Notes under the pieces: generated by a model
Told to the model about the DNA's origin: nothing
What the model saw: only the letters and a program-made list of their open reading frames with translations
The model's database searches: none
Part shown: piece by piece, positions 29,925-38,704 of the stretch
How the letters are laid out: every line of letters begins with the position of its first letter
How positions within the stretch are numbered: the first letter of the stretch is position 1
Translations under genes and position numbers: made by a program
NCBI GenBank assembly: GCA_016188425.1
Contig: JACPHX010000020.1
Location: forward strand, 1,821 to 65,820
Length of the DNA: 64,000 bases
Direction of reading: 5' to 3'
Source: Candidatus Uhrbacteria bacterium
GTDB taxonomy: Bacteria; Patescibacteriota; Patescibacteriia; UBA9934; GWF2-40-263

Positions 29925-30010
29925 GGCACGCCGCACAACATATCCCCTCATCACAACGAAATATATTACGCCAGCCGTCGCCTCATCAACGCTGCTGCTG
30001 ATGCGACGGC

Positions 30011-30086
<76 letters not shown>

Positions 30087-30171
30087 ATTGTTCTTTCCCC
30101 TTGCAGCATCAAGGTACCCAATCGTCAGACAAACGACAAGATACGTCGAGGATTTGCTATAATCCACCCAT

Positions 30172-30672
30172 GTGTTCTGGATCGAAATCCTCGTCTTCAT
30201 CCTTTTGTGCTCCTTTGCCTACGCCGCCCACCGGGGCGCGCCGTGGGTGCCTACCTGGCGGAGGGATTTTTCAAGGATCAAGCGGCTTCTGGATCTCAAA
30301 GAAGGGGAGACGTTCTTTGAATTGGGCTGCGGCGATGGTCGGGTTGTTTGTGCACTCTCGGACGTCTCGGGAGCAAAGGGGATAGGAGTCGAGCTTTCTT
30401 TCGTCCAATACCTCGTCGCCCGCCTGCGCGCCTGGCGCCGCCCGCTTGTATGCATCGAGCTCAAGGACGCGTTCAATGTCGACCTCTCGGAGGTGGATGC
30501 CGTGTACTTGTTCCTCATGTCCGAAACCTACGGCAAGCTCTGTGAGAAGTTTGAAAAAGAATTGAAGCCAGGATGTCGGGTCGTGACGTATGTCTGGCCG
30601 ATCCCGGGGTGGGTGGCGACGGAGGTAGACAGGAAAGGAGGGAGGCCGCCGGTGTATTTGTATAGGCGATGA
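30172..30672 (+). CDS. Class I SAM-dependent methyltransferase with an N-terminal TM helix
   Basis: GAPWVPT, ELGCGDGR, ELKPGCRVV; paralog of 17818-18375. Confidence 0.85.
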   Translation: MFWIEILVFILLCSFAYAAHRGAPWVPTWRRDFSRIKRLLDLKEGETFFELGCGDGRVVCALSDVSGAKGIGVELSFVQYLVARLRAWRRPLVCIELKDAFNVDLSEVDAVYLFLMSETYGKLCEKFEKELKPGCRVVTYVWPIPGWVATEVDRKGGRPPVYLYRR

Positions 30673-30799
30673 AGGGCGCAAAGGGCGCAGGAGGTCCAAG
30701 GGGCGCAGGAACATAGGCGCGCAAGCGCGGATGTGCTTCTTCGTTCCGTGTTCCCGTCTCTCCCCTTGCGCCCCTTGGACCCCTTGCGCCCCTTGCGCC
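30673..30799. repeat. MITE-like ggggcgcaa element, copy 2 (reverse orientation)
   Basis: Reverse complement aligns end to end with 19600-19728. Confidence 0.85.
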
Positions 30800-30875
30800 T
30801 CTGTCCAAAATAAAACACCCCCCGACCAGTTTTCACTAGTCGGGAGGTACGCACCGTGTGTGTTGATTGACCTTG

Positions 30876-32540
30876 TCACATGACGAGGACCGTGAGGTTC
30901 GGGTTTCCGAGAACCTCGCGGACCCCGCGGTCCAGCGTGGCGAAGGGGAGGGGGATCGGATTCCCCTCGATTTCCCTGCGTCCGTCCCGATGCTCCTTGA
31001 TCCGGCCGTTGATGATCATGGAGCCCTTGGTGAAGCAGTACACGTCCGTGCAGCCCACGAGATCGTGTCCACCCTCTTCGGTCATGGACATCTCCTCGAC
31101 CATGGCCACGAAGGCCGCGACCTCTTCTTCGGAAAACCCCTCCTCCGTGAGGATGTTGGCCGCGACCGTCACTGGGTTGATCCTCAACACCTGGATGTTG
31201 GCCATCTGCCGCGAAACGGCTTGGAAGGCCACCATCGCTTTGATGACGGCGGGATCCGTTTCTGCCACTCCCTGACCCAGCAGGTTCTGGCGGAAGAGCT
31301 CCGACGGATCTTCCGGATCCGAAATGGCCTCGCGGAACCGTTCGAGCGCTTGCTCGACGCTCCCCTTGGCCTCCTCCTCCGTTTTTTCCGAAACCGTTTC
31401 CGTCTTCTCGCCTTCGGTCTCGTCTGCCTCGGTCGGCTCCGGCTCCGAGTCCTGCTCCTCCTGCGAGGGTTCGACCGACTCGGTCGTCGACTGACCCTCT
31501 GGTCCCCTTCGCAGCGCGTCCTTGAGTTTTTTCAGGATCCTTTTGAGGGGGCTGAAGGAGTCGATGGCCGCCTGCACGAGCTCCGGAGGCGCCTCTTGGC
31601 GCTCCAGCTCCATGAGGTTGATCTTGAGCGCAAGCTCGTAGATCAGCCTCTTCTTCTTCTGATCGACCGTGAGGTACATGTTCCCCTTTGGGCTGGTCAG
31701 GAGGACGATGTCCACCTGGAACCTGTACCGCAAGTACCGGCCCATCTCGCGGTTCTCGACGCCTTCGATCGCGATGTACCGGTAGGGACGCAGGGTGGCG
31801 GCCCGTTCTCCCAACCGCATGGTCGGGATCCAGAACGTCTCGTCGACGAACTTCCCTTCGCGAGTTTTCTCGGCGATGACCCGTTCGCAATCCATGGCGA
31901 ACATTTTCTGTTGTTCCTCGAACGCGTCGAAGAAAAGGTCGAGCGCCTCGTTCATGCCCTTGGTGTCGCCGTACAAATTGACGGACTTCACGACGTTGGG
32001 AAGGGCCAGCGGATCCAGCTCGCCTCCTTTGGTATCCGCCTCGCGGATGCGCGTGAGCGCGTAGGTGTACTTGAGCTTCTTGTCCGCCTTCACGAACCGC
32101 GCGCACAGGTCGGCGCAGCACACGTCTGGCGTCCGACCATGTTTCTTGTGCTCATCCAGCGTCCCTCCGCCCACGCCCAGGGCGAGGACGTCGGAGCGCA
32201 GGCCATCGGGCCCGTCAGGGTCCCCGAATTTCTGGAAGAGCTCATCCTCGCTGACCTCGACGTCCTCCGGCGGCTCGTTCTCGGGCCACCAGATCACTCC
32301 CGAGTCGATGCCCTCCTTGAGGAGGATACGACGTCCGTATCGCTCGTCGATGTGCCTGCCGTAGTGGCTGGCGAAGATTCGGATTCGGCGCGCTCCCTTG
32401 GGGCACACCGATCGGTCGAATGAGGGGCGACGTTCGGTCGGCTCCTCCTCGGCGGTTTCCTGTTCTCCTTTCGTTTCTGGCTTCACCAAGTGGCTGAAGT
32501 CCAGCTCAATTTTTTCGTTGGTTCCGTCGTTGCTTCCCAT
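30876..32540 (-). CDS. Hypothetical protein, possibly a divergent MYG1/DHH-like hydrolase with an acidic insert
   Basis: SHYGRHIDE, LGVGGGTLDEH, SMIING; E/T-rich linker. Confidence 0.55.
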   Translation of the reverse strand: MGSNDGTNEKIELDFSHLVKPETKGEQETAEEEPTERRPSFDRSVCPKGARRIRIFASHYGRHIDERYGRRILLKEGIDSGVIWWPENEPPEDVEVSEDELFQKFGDPDGPDGLRSDVLALGVGGGTLDEHKKHGRTPDVCCADLCARFVKADKKLKYTYALTRIREADTKGGELDPLALPNVVKSVNLYGDTKGMNEALDLFFDAFEEQQKMFAMDCERVIAEKTREGKFVDETFWIPTMRLGERAATLRPYRYIAIEGVENREMGRYLRYRFQVDIVLLTSPKGNMYLTVDQKKKRLIYELALKINLMELERQEAPPELVQAAIDSFSPLKRILKKLKDALRRGPEGQSTTESVEPSQEEQDSEPEPTEADETEGEKTETVSEKTEEEAKGSVEQALERFREAISDPEDPSELFRQNLLGQGVAETDPAVIKAMVAFQAVSRQMANIQVLRINPVTVAANILTEEGFSEEEVAAFVAMVEEMSMTEEGGHDLVGCTDVYCFTKGSMIINGRIKEHRDGRREIEGNPIPLPFATLDRGVREVLGNPNLTVLVM

Positions 32541-32676
32541 CTTGTTTCTCCTTCTGTGTGGGGTTGAGGCAACGCGCCATAGTGGCAGAAAATAGCGCGT
32601 TTGTCAATAGAAAAGGCCGTCCCAGGAAGCGAGTGGGGACGGCCGAGGATGACGGGTCAGGTTGGAGCGGATTCGA

Positions 32677-33210
32677 TTAGCGATCTCCTCGTTTTCCTTG
32701 GGTTTTTGAGCGGGGGTGAGTGGTGGGCGACGGAGACGAACGGTCGCCGAACGCTTCGCCTATGAGTCGGCAGATGCGGGCCGGGTCTTTTGAGAGCTCC
32801 GAGCCGGGTTTCGCCAGGATGACGAAACCCTTTCCAGCTGGGTACCGTTTTACTCCTCTGCGGACTTCCGCATCAGAGCTCGATTCCGGGTTCTTGAGCT
32901 TCCAATGGCTGGGTTCGATTTTTGACAAGGCCGGGAGGAGTCGCAGGTTGAACTCCGGATGGAAGGTCTCCAAAGGGGCCACTCGGAGGATTCCAGCACC
33001 GGTTTTCGGGTCGACTAGATGTAGCGTGTCTCCCCTGCCGATTCCCCTGGCAAAGAGGATGGCCGTGCAGGCAGCGAATTTTTTCTCGTCCGCACGATGG
33101 GTGATGGTCACCCGTTCTTCGCCGTCGAAGAGCCACAGTTCTACGTCGGCACCCTCGACCTCCTCGGCCATGTGGCTCATGAACTCTGGTTTTGATTCTA
33201 TTGACTTCAT
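32677..33210 (-). CDS. Hypothetical protein
   Basis: ORF with an AGGAG Shine-Dalgarno before ATG 33210. Confidence 0.55.
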   Translation of the reverse strand: MKSIESKPEFMSHMAEEVEGADVELWLFDGEERVTITHRADEKKFAACTAILFARGIGRGDTLHLVDPKTGAGILRVAPLETFHPEFNLRLLPALSKIEPSHWKLKNPESSSDAEVRRGVKRYPAGKGFVILAKPGSELSKDPARICRLIGEAFGDRSSPSPTTHPRSKTQGKRGDR

Positions 33211-33332
33211 GTCTTCTCCTTTTCTTTTTTTACTCTTGACATGGATGGAAAAGGTATCAGAAAAAATCGTTCCGGTCAAGTTGGTTGTGTTCTTTCTTCC
33301 TGCTTCGTATAATGCCCACACACTTTTTCCCT

Positions 33333-33779
33333 ATGACACTTCCAGAACTTTTGTCGGTGGCCCCAGGCGCCGACCTGACCGTGGTGAACGAACCGTTCCA
33401 TTGTGCGGGTAAATTAGTCCTCACATTAGAAGGAGGCGAGAGCAGGTCATGGCTCTTCTCCGAAGAAGGCGAGCTGCTCGCCGTTGCCCCCGGGGACGAT
33501 GAAGCGATGTTTTTCCGCCCGACAGGAGAGGAGATAGACGCGAGCGGCGATCAAGTCCTGTTCCAAGGCAAGGATTATGAATCGACCTATGAGGACGGCG
33601 GGAAGATCAGCCAGGTCCAAGGCGACGTGGTAGGCATGGCCGACGACCGGCTGGCTTTTTCGGAATACGAGGCCGACGACGGCGGCCGGGTCCGGGTCAT
33701 CCGCAACGAGAATACGGGCGAGACAAGATCTTATGTCGGCGAGGTGGTCGTGGTTGAAGAAATAATGTCCGTTTCCTAA
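33333..33779 (+). CDS. Acidic beta-rich hypothetical protein (DUF4178-like)
   Basis: Y-x-x-x-Y-E-D-G-G and EYEADDG patterns. Confidence 0.55.
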   Translation: MTLPELLSVAPGADLTVVNEPFHCAGKLVLTLEGGESRSWLFSEEGELLAVAPGDDEAMFFRPTGEEIDASGDQVLFQGKDYESTYEDGGKISQVQGDVVGMADDRLAFSEYEADDGGRVRVIRNENTGETRSYVGEVVVVEEIMSVS

Positions 33780-33784
33780 AACCG

Positions 33785-34891
33785 ATGTCGTGGCGTGCCT
33801 GGTGCCTCATTCTGGCTTTTGCTTTCGCCGCGGTCGTCGGCATTGCCACGGCGGCATTTTGGCCGTTGGATCCCGCGGCCGAGGCAGGTCGGATGCGGCA
33901 GGCCATGTCCTCGTTGTCGGGAGCGCACATGCGGGGGAGTTTCCACCTTCGGGAAGGAGAAGGGTCTTCCTTGCACGTTGAGCGTCTTTTTGTTGATGCG
34001 GACGTTCGTCTTTTAAGCGGAAGCGGTTTTGTTGCCGACGTCTCCCATGTCCAAAGTGCCCCAACGTCGATGTATTCCCAGCAGCAGTTCGTTGAAGCGG
34101 CAGGTGTGCGTTATCGGAGGTTCGACCCAAAGGAGGGATGGCGCGTGCAGGAGAGAACCAATGAAGCGGTATCTTTGGATGGGTTATGGGCATTTTCCCC
34201 TTCATTGTTTCTTGATGTTCCGTGGGAGGATGGGGTTCCGGGCGAGGTGCGTACCGCACTCGCATCCGCGGACATTTTTGCGGTGACAGATGCAGGAACG
34301 CGATGGCAGATTCCGGGAGAACAAGGGAGGGTGATCGAGGCGCGGCTGGTTCCTGACACGGCTCGAAGCTGGTTGGTTGGCTTCCTTACACAAATGAATG
34401 GATCTGTTTCAGATGCAGACCGTCTTTTGATCGAGCGCACTGTGGGGCTCTGGTCGCCCCTTACCTGGCGCTGGTATATTGGGAGCAAGACTCATCGTCT
34501 GTATAGGATCGAAGTCGATGGGGAAGTACCTGTGTTGGGCCGCGCGTCTGCACGAAGTTTTTCTGGTCGGGTCGATTTTAGTAGTTTCAATGAGGTGAAG
34601 CCGATACCAGTGCCAACGCCAGTGGTTCGTATCGGGGCAGATGGGGCCCTCACAGGGATTCCTGCGACGCGAACGCAGAAACACTCGCCGGCGGCAGGTT
34701 CTTTGGGGGCCGCGTCAATCGATGATCCGGATGATGACGGACTCTCCAATACACAGGAAGTTTTTTACGGGACGAATCCCCTTGTTGCTGATACGGATGC
34801 GGACGGGGTGGGGGATGGGGATGAAGTGGACGCAGGTACGAATCCGACCGGGGAGGGACGGTTATTTGGCTTTGGGGTTCTCCATCGATAA
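33785..34891 (+). CDS. Secreted protein with C-terminal Ca-binding DxDxDG repeats
   Basis: N-terminal hydrophobic helix; DPDDDGLSNTQE, DTDADGVGDGDE. Confidence 0.7.
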   Translation: MSWRAWCLILAFAFAAVVGIATAAFWPLDPAAEAGRMRQAMSSLSGAHMRGSFHLREGEGSSLHVERLFVDADVRLLSGSGFVADVSHVQSAPTSMYSQQQFVEAAGVRYRRFDPKEGWRVQERTNEAVSLDGLWAFSPSLFLDVPWEDGVPGEVRTALASADIFAVTDAGTRWQIPGEQGRVIEARLVPDTARSWLVGFLTQMNGSVSDADRLLIERTVGLWSPLTWRWYIGSKTHRLYRIEVDGEVPVLGRASARSFSGRVDFSSFNEVKPIPVPTPVVRIGADGALTGIPATRTQKHSPAAGSLGAASIDDPDDDGLSNTQEVFYGTNPLVADTDADGVGDGDEVDAGTNPTGEGRLFGFGVLHR

Positions 34892-34895
34892 ACGT

Positions 34896-36656
34896 ATGCA
34901 ACGACTTGGTCGTGCCATGCGCCGCCCTGGAAGCGGTGGTGTCGCCTGGCGAACCACATTCTTTTTTGTGTGTGCAGTGGTGCTTGCCATAGGCGCCGCG
35001 TTTCGGTTGTGGGTATTGATGGTGGCAGACCATGCGTCCTACCAGGCCTTGGCGAGCGGGCAGCACGAGATCATCCAAACGCTTTTCCCCAAACGAGGGT
35101 CCATTTATATTCGCGATGTAAAAGGAGCGACGACGGTTCCGCTCGCGACCAACCGCCGGTTGGCGTTTGTCTTTGCCGACCCGCGTCGCATCGAGGATGC
35201 CGCACGGACGACAGGCCTGCTCGCTGAATTATTCGGATACGATGAGGAACAGAAAGAAAAATTACGCGATCGATTAAGCCGGAAGGAAGATCCGTATGAA
35301 CCCGTCGAGCACCATGTCTCCGATGAAACGCTTGCGCGGCTGAAGGAGTTGAATTTGGCTGGCATTTCGACCGTGGATGAAGATTCGCGCTACTATCCCG
35401 AAGCGGCGCTTGGGGGGCATATCGCCGGTTTCTTTGGGATGAACGAGGATGGAACCTCCGCAGGAAAGTACGGCATAGAGGGATTTTTTAATGAACTATT
35501 GGCAGGGAAACCAGGGCTCGTTCGTTCGGAACGGGATATGGCCGGCCGTCTTATTTCCGTGGGGGAACAGGCATTTGTCCCGGCAGAGAACGGGGTTGAT
35601 ATCGTGCTGACCATCGATCAGACGATCCAGTACCGCGTCTGCCATGCTTTGAAGAAGGCGGTCGCCGAGCATCAGGCGGATGGGGGAAGCGTCGTGGTGC
35701 TAGATCCGTCAACCGGAGCGGTGCTCGCCATGTGCGGTTCGCCGGATTTCGACCCGGCGAACTATGGGGCCGTGGAGGGTCTGCACGTGTACAATAACCC
35801 GGCGATATTTTCGGCCTATGAACCGGGGTCGGTGTTTAAACCGATCACGATTTCGGCGGCGATTGATGCGGGGGTCGTGGGGCCCGATACAACCTATGAG
35901 GACACGGGATTGATCGTCATCGACGACCACCCTATTAAAAACTCCGACGGCCTCGCCCATGGGATCCAGACGATGACCCAGGTGCTCGAACGTTCGCTCA
36001 ATACCGGATCCATTTTTGCCATGCGCCAGCTGGGTCCGGACCGCTTCGGGGAGTATGTGCACGCGTTCGGGTTCGGGGAAAAAACGGGGATAGAGCTCAA
36101 GACGGAAGTGGAAGGCGATTTAAAGGCCATGGATACCGGCGAGGAGATTTTTGCGGCGACGGCCTCCTACGGGCAAGGCCTTACCGTGACGCCTCTCCAA
36201 CTCGCGGCCGCGTTTGCGGCTATTGCCAATGGGGGAATATTGCGCCGCCCCTCGATCGTTTCAGAGATGCGTTATCCGGATGGGCGAGTGGAGACGCGGG
36301 AGCCGCAGGACATCCGCCGCGTCGTTTCCGCGCGCGCGGCACGCATGACGACCGCGATGATGGTTTCCGTGGTCGAGAACGGATACGGCAAGAAATCCGG
36401 CGTGCGCGGGTACTACATTGCTGGCAAGACGGGAACCGCCCAGGTGGCCCGCGAAGACGGGCATGTGGGATATCAGGAAGGGAATACCAACACGACGTTT
36501 GCCGGCTTCGGTCCCGTCGAAGACCCAAAGTTCGTCATGGTGACCCGCCTGGACCATCCCCGCGATTCTCAATGGGCCGAAACCACCGCCACTCCGCTAT
36601 TTGGGGAAATCGCCGCGTTCCTGCTAGACTATTTGGAAATACCCCCTACCCGCTGA
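34896..36656 (+). CDS. ftsI: Class B penicillin-binding protein (FtsI-like)
   Basis: EPGSVFK (SxxK), SLN (SxN), KTGTAQ; upstream of murF. Confidence 0.88.
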   Translation: MQRLGRAMRRPGSGGVAWRTTFFFVCAVVLAIGAAFRLWVLMVADHASYQALASGQHEIIQTLFPKRGSIYIRDVKGATTVPLATNRRLAFVFADPRRIEDAARTTGLLAELFGYDEEQKEKLRDRLSRKEDPYEPVEHHVSDETLARLKELNLAGISTVDEDSRYYPEAALGGHIAGFFGMNEDGTSAGKYGIEGFFNELLAGKPGLVRSERDMAGRLISVGEQAFVPAENGVDIVLTIDQTIQYRVCHALKKAVAEHQADGGSVVVLDPSTGAVLAMCGSPDFDPANYGAVEGLHVYNNPAIFSAYEPGSVFKPITISAAIDAGVVGPDTTYEDTGLIVIDDHPIKNSDGLAHGIQTMTQVLERSLNTGSIFAMRQLGPDRFGEYVHAFGFGEKTGIELKTEVEGDLKAMDTGEEIFAATASYGQGLTVTPLQLAAAFAAIANGGILRRPSIVSEMRYPDGRVETREPQDIRRVVSARAARMTTAMMVSVVENGYGKKSGVRGYYIAGKTGTAQVAREDGHVGYQEGNTNTTFAGFGPVEDPKFVMVTRLDHPRDSQWAETTATPLFGEIAAFLLDYLEIPPTR

Positions 36657-36659
36657 AGT

Positions 36660-37943
36660 ATGAAAAAGTTCGTCCAGTCCCTGTTGGCTCGCAAGGCCCG
36701 GTCGGTGATCCGACGTTTCCATCCGTCCGTCGTTATCATTACCGGCTCGGTCGGCAAGACCTCCACACGCGCCGCGATCGCCGCCGTGCTTTCGACGAAA
36801 TTTCGCGTCCGCACCAATGCGGAAAATTACAATAACGAGTTCGGCGTGCCGCTTACGATTTTGGGTGAGCCTTCGCCGGGGCGGTCGGCGTTGGGTTGGC
36901 TGCGTATTTTTTTGAAACCTGTAAAGGATTATCCAAACATGCTCGTCCTTGAGTATGGCGCAGACCAGCCGGGCGACTTGGAATATTTGTGCGACATCGC
37001 CGCCCCGGATGTCGCCGTGCTGACGGCGGTCTCTCCCGTGCACGCCGAGCATTTCAAAGACATCGATGAGCTCGCGCAAGAGAAGGCAACCGTCTTGCGT
37101 CGCTGCAACCCCGAGGGATTGTGCATCCTCAATAAGGACGATGAGCGGGTGATGGCCTTGAAAGCGGAAGCAGCGGCACCGGTTCAGACGTATGGGTTCG
37201 ACCAAACGGCGGATACGCACGCGGAGGGGGTCGAGCAGCATATCCGCGAGGACAATTCGTTCGAGCCCCGGGAGGTTTTTTCGACCCTGTCGTTTGACCT
37301 TGTGTACGGGCAGACGCGCATCGCCGCGGATATTCCCAACCGTTTGGGCCGCCCTCCGATTTCCGCGGCGCTGGCTGCGGCCGCCGTCGGTGAACATTTT
37401 GGCGTGGCTCCAGAACAGATGGTAAAACAATTTGCCGACATCCCCATGATCCCAGGGCGGATGAACCCTATCGGCGGCATCAAAGGAAGCTTGCTTCTGG
37501 ATGACAGCTACAATGCCGCCCCCGCCTCCGTTTCCTCGGCGCTTGATGTGCTCGCGGGTTTCCGACCGTTTGAAGGATCGCGCCGCATCGCGGCTTTGGG
37601 GCCCATGGCGGAGCTTGGCGCGTATAGCGAAGAGGAGCACCGCAAGATCGGGGAGAAGGCGGCGCGGCTCGGCATCGATATTTTGGTTACGGTCGGCCCG
37701 GAAACAGCCATGACCGAATTCGCGGCGAAGGAAGCGGGGATGAAGGAAGAACAGACCGCGCATTTCGGAAACGCAAAAGAGGCGGGGCGTTGGCTCGACC
37801 ACGAGGTGAAGAAAGGGGACATAGTCCTCATCAAAGGATCACAAAGCGCCCGTATGGAAAAAGTGGTGCGCGAGCTCATGGCCGAACCGTTGCGCGCGCC
37901 AGACCTGCTGGTGAGGCAATACGGGAAGTGGTTGGACAATTAA
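36660..37943 (+). CDS. murF: UDP-N-acetylmuramoyl-tripeptide--D-Ala-D-Ala ligase
   Basis: ITGSVGKTS, NNEFGVP, DDSYNAAP, KGSQ. Confidence 0.93.
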   Translation: MKKFVQSLLARKARSVIRRFHPSVVIITGSVGKTSTRAAIAAVLSTKFRVRTNAENYNNEFGVPLTILGEPSPGRSALGWLRIFLKPVKDYPNMLVLEYGADQPGDLEYLCDIAAPDVAVLTAVSPVHAEHFKDIDELAQEKATVLRRCNPEGLCILNKDDERVMALKAEAAAPVQTYGFDQTADTHAEGVEQHIREDNSFEPREVFSTLSFDLVYGQTRIAADIPNRLGRPPISAALAAAAVGEHFGVAPEQMVKQFADIPMIPGRMNPIGGIKGSLLLDDSYNAAPASVSSALDVLAGFRPFEGSRRIAALGPMAELGAYSEEEHRKIGEKAARLGIDILVTVGPETAMTEFAAKEAGMKEEQTAHFGNAKEAGRWLDHEVKKGDIVLIKGSQSARMEKVVRELMAEPLRAPDLLVRQYGKWLDN

Positions 37944-38009
37944 AAAGAACGTCGCGTCGGCGATCGTTGTGAGGAGGGGGACATGAGTAGTCTCTCTGTT
38001 CCTTGGATG

Positions 38010-38292
38010 TCAATGCTTTGAGCAAGAGGGGAAGCTCTGTGAGCGTTTCGAGCACGCCAACGGCGAAAAACGTGACCGGTTCACGCCCGATACGTACGCG
38101 GAAGCATGAGTGTTCGAGAACGGAACCGACGACATTCGACGTGATCTGCTGCGAACCATCGTATCCAACCCTCAGCTGAGGGACAAGACTTTGCTCATCC
38201 AAGCGCAAAAACCGTTCGACGTTTTTATCAAACATCGAACGGTTTCTGCCTTGGTGACCCCACCGGGAATCGAACCCGGATCTGCACCGTGA
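38010..38292 (+). pseudogene. Probable C-terminal remnant of a large serine recombinase, reading into the tRNA 3' end
   Basis: FENGTDDIRRDLLRTIVSNPQLRDKTLLIQAQKPF, preceded by an in-frame stop; frame runs antisense into tRNA-Glu. Confidence 0.5.
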
Positions 38293-38326
38293 GAGGGTGC
38301 CGTCCTAACCGTTAGACGATGGGGCC
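38252..38326 (-). tRNA. tRNA-Glu (CTC)
   Basis: GGCCCCATCGTCTAACGGTTAGGACGGCACCCTCTCACGGTGCAGATCCGGGTTCGATTCCCGGTGGGGTCACCA. Confidence 0.95.
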
Positions 38327-38574
38327 GTGTTTTGAGCAATTTTTGCTTTCAACTCCTTTCTTATAATGCCAGATTTTTTTATCTGGATTTCGCGTTTTCG
38401 TGCTTCGGTAACAGTATTGTATGTTTCAATGTGGACGACTTTATACGGCCGGTATCCTTTTGTGGATCTTACATTACCAGAATTATGCTCTTTTAATCGG
38501 GCATCTATATTATGTGTCATCCCAATGTACCAGCGTCCTGTCGGGATTGAAACAAGAATATAGACCAGGTGCAT
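38305..38574 (-). CDS. Stand-alone GIY-YIG nuclease (UPF0213-like)
   Basis: VYIL...WYIGMT...RLKEHN...ARKREIQIK; its stop codon lies inside tRNA-Glu. Confidence 0.9.
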   Translation of the reverse strand: MHLVYILVSIPTGRWYIGMTHNIDARLKEHNSGNVRSTKGYRPYKVVHIETYNTVTEARKREIQIKKSGIIRKELKAKIAQNTAPSSNG

Positions 38575-38586
38575 ACGTTTACGATA

Positions 38587-38649
38587 GTGCCGTCCCCCGG
38601 CGGAGCCGGGTCCGGCTCCGCCGGATAACCGTTAGACGATGGGGCCGTG
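38587..38649 (-). pseudogene. Duplicated 5' half of tRNA-Glu interrupted by a 30-bp palindrome (38596-38625)
   Basis: GGCCCCATCGTCTAACGGTTA[palindrome]GGACGGCAC matches tRNA nt 1-30. Confidence 0.85.
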
Positions 38650-38704
38650 GATAAATACACGGCGAAGGGTAACAAATCGTCCGCCATGTTACAATACCAT
38701 TACT

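Noticed and set aside
30271-32423. 616-aa (-) and 518-aa (+) alternative ORFs
   Set aside because: Arg/Gly-rich off-frame or antisense shadows of the 30876-32540 gene.
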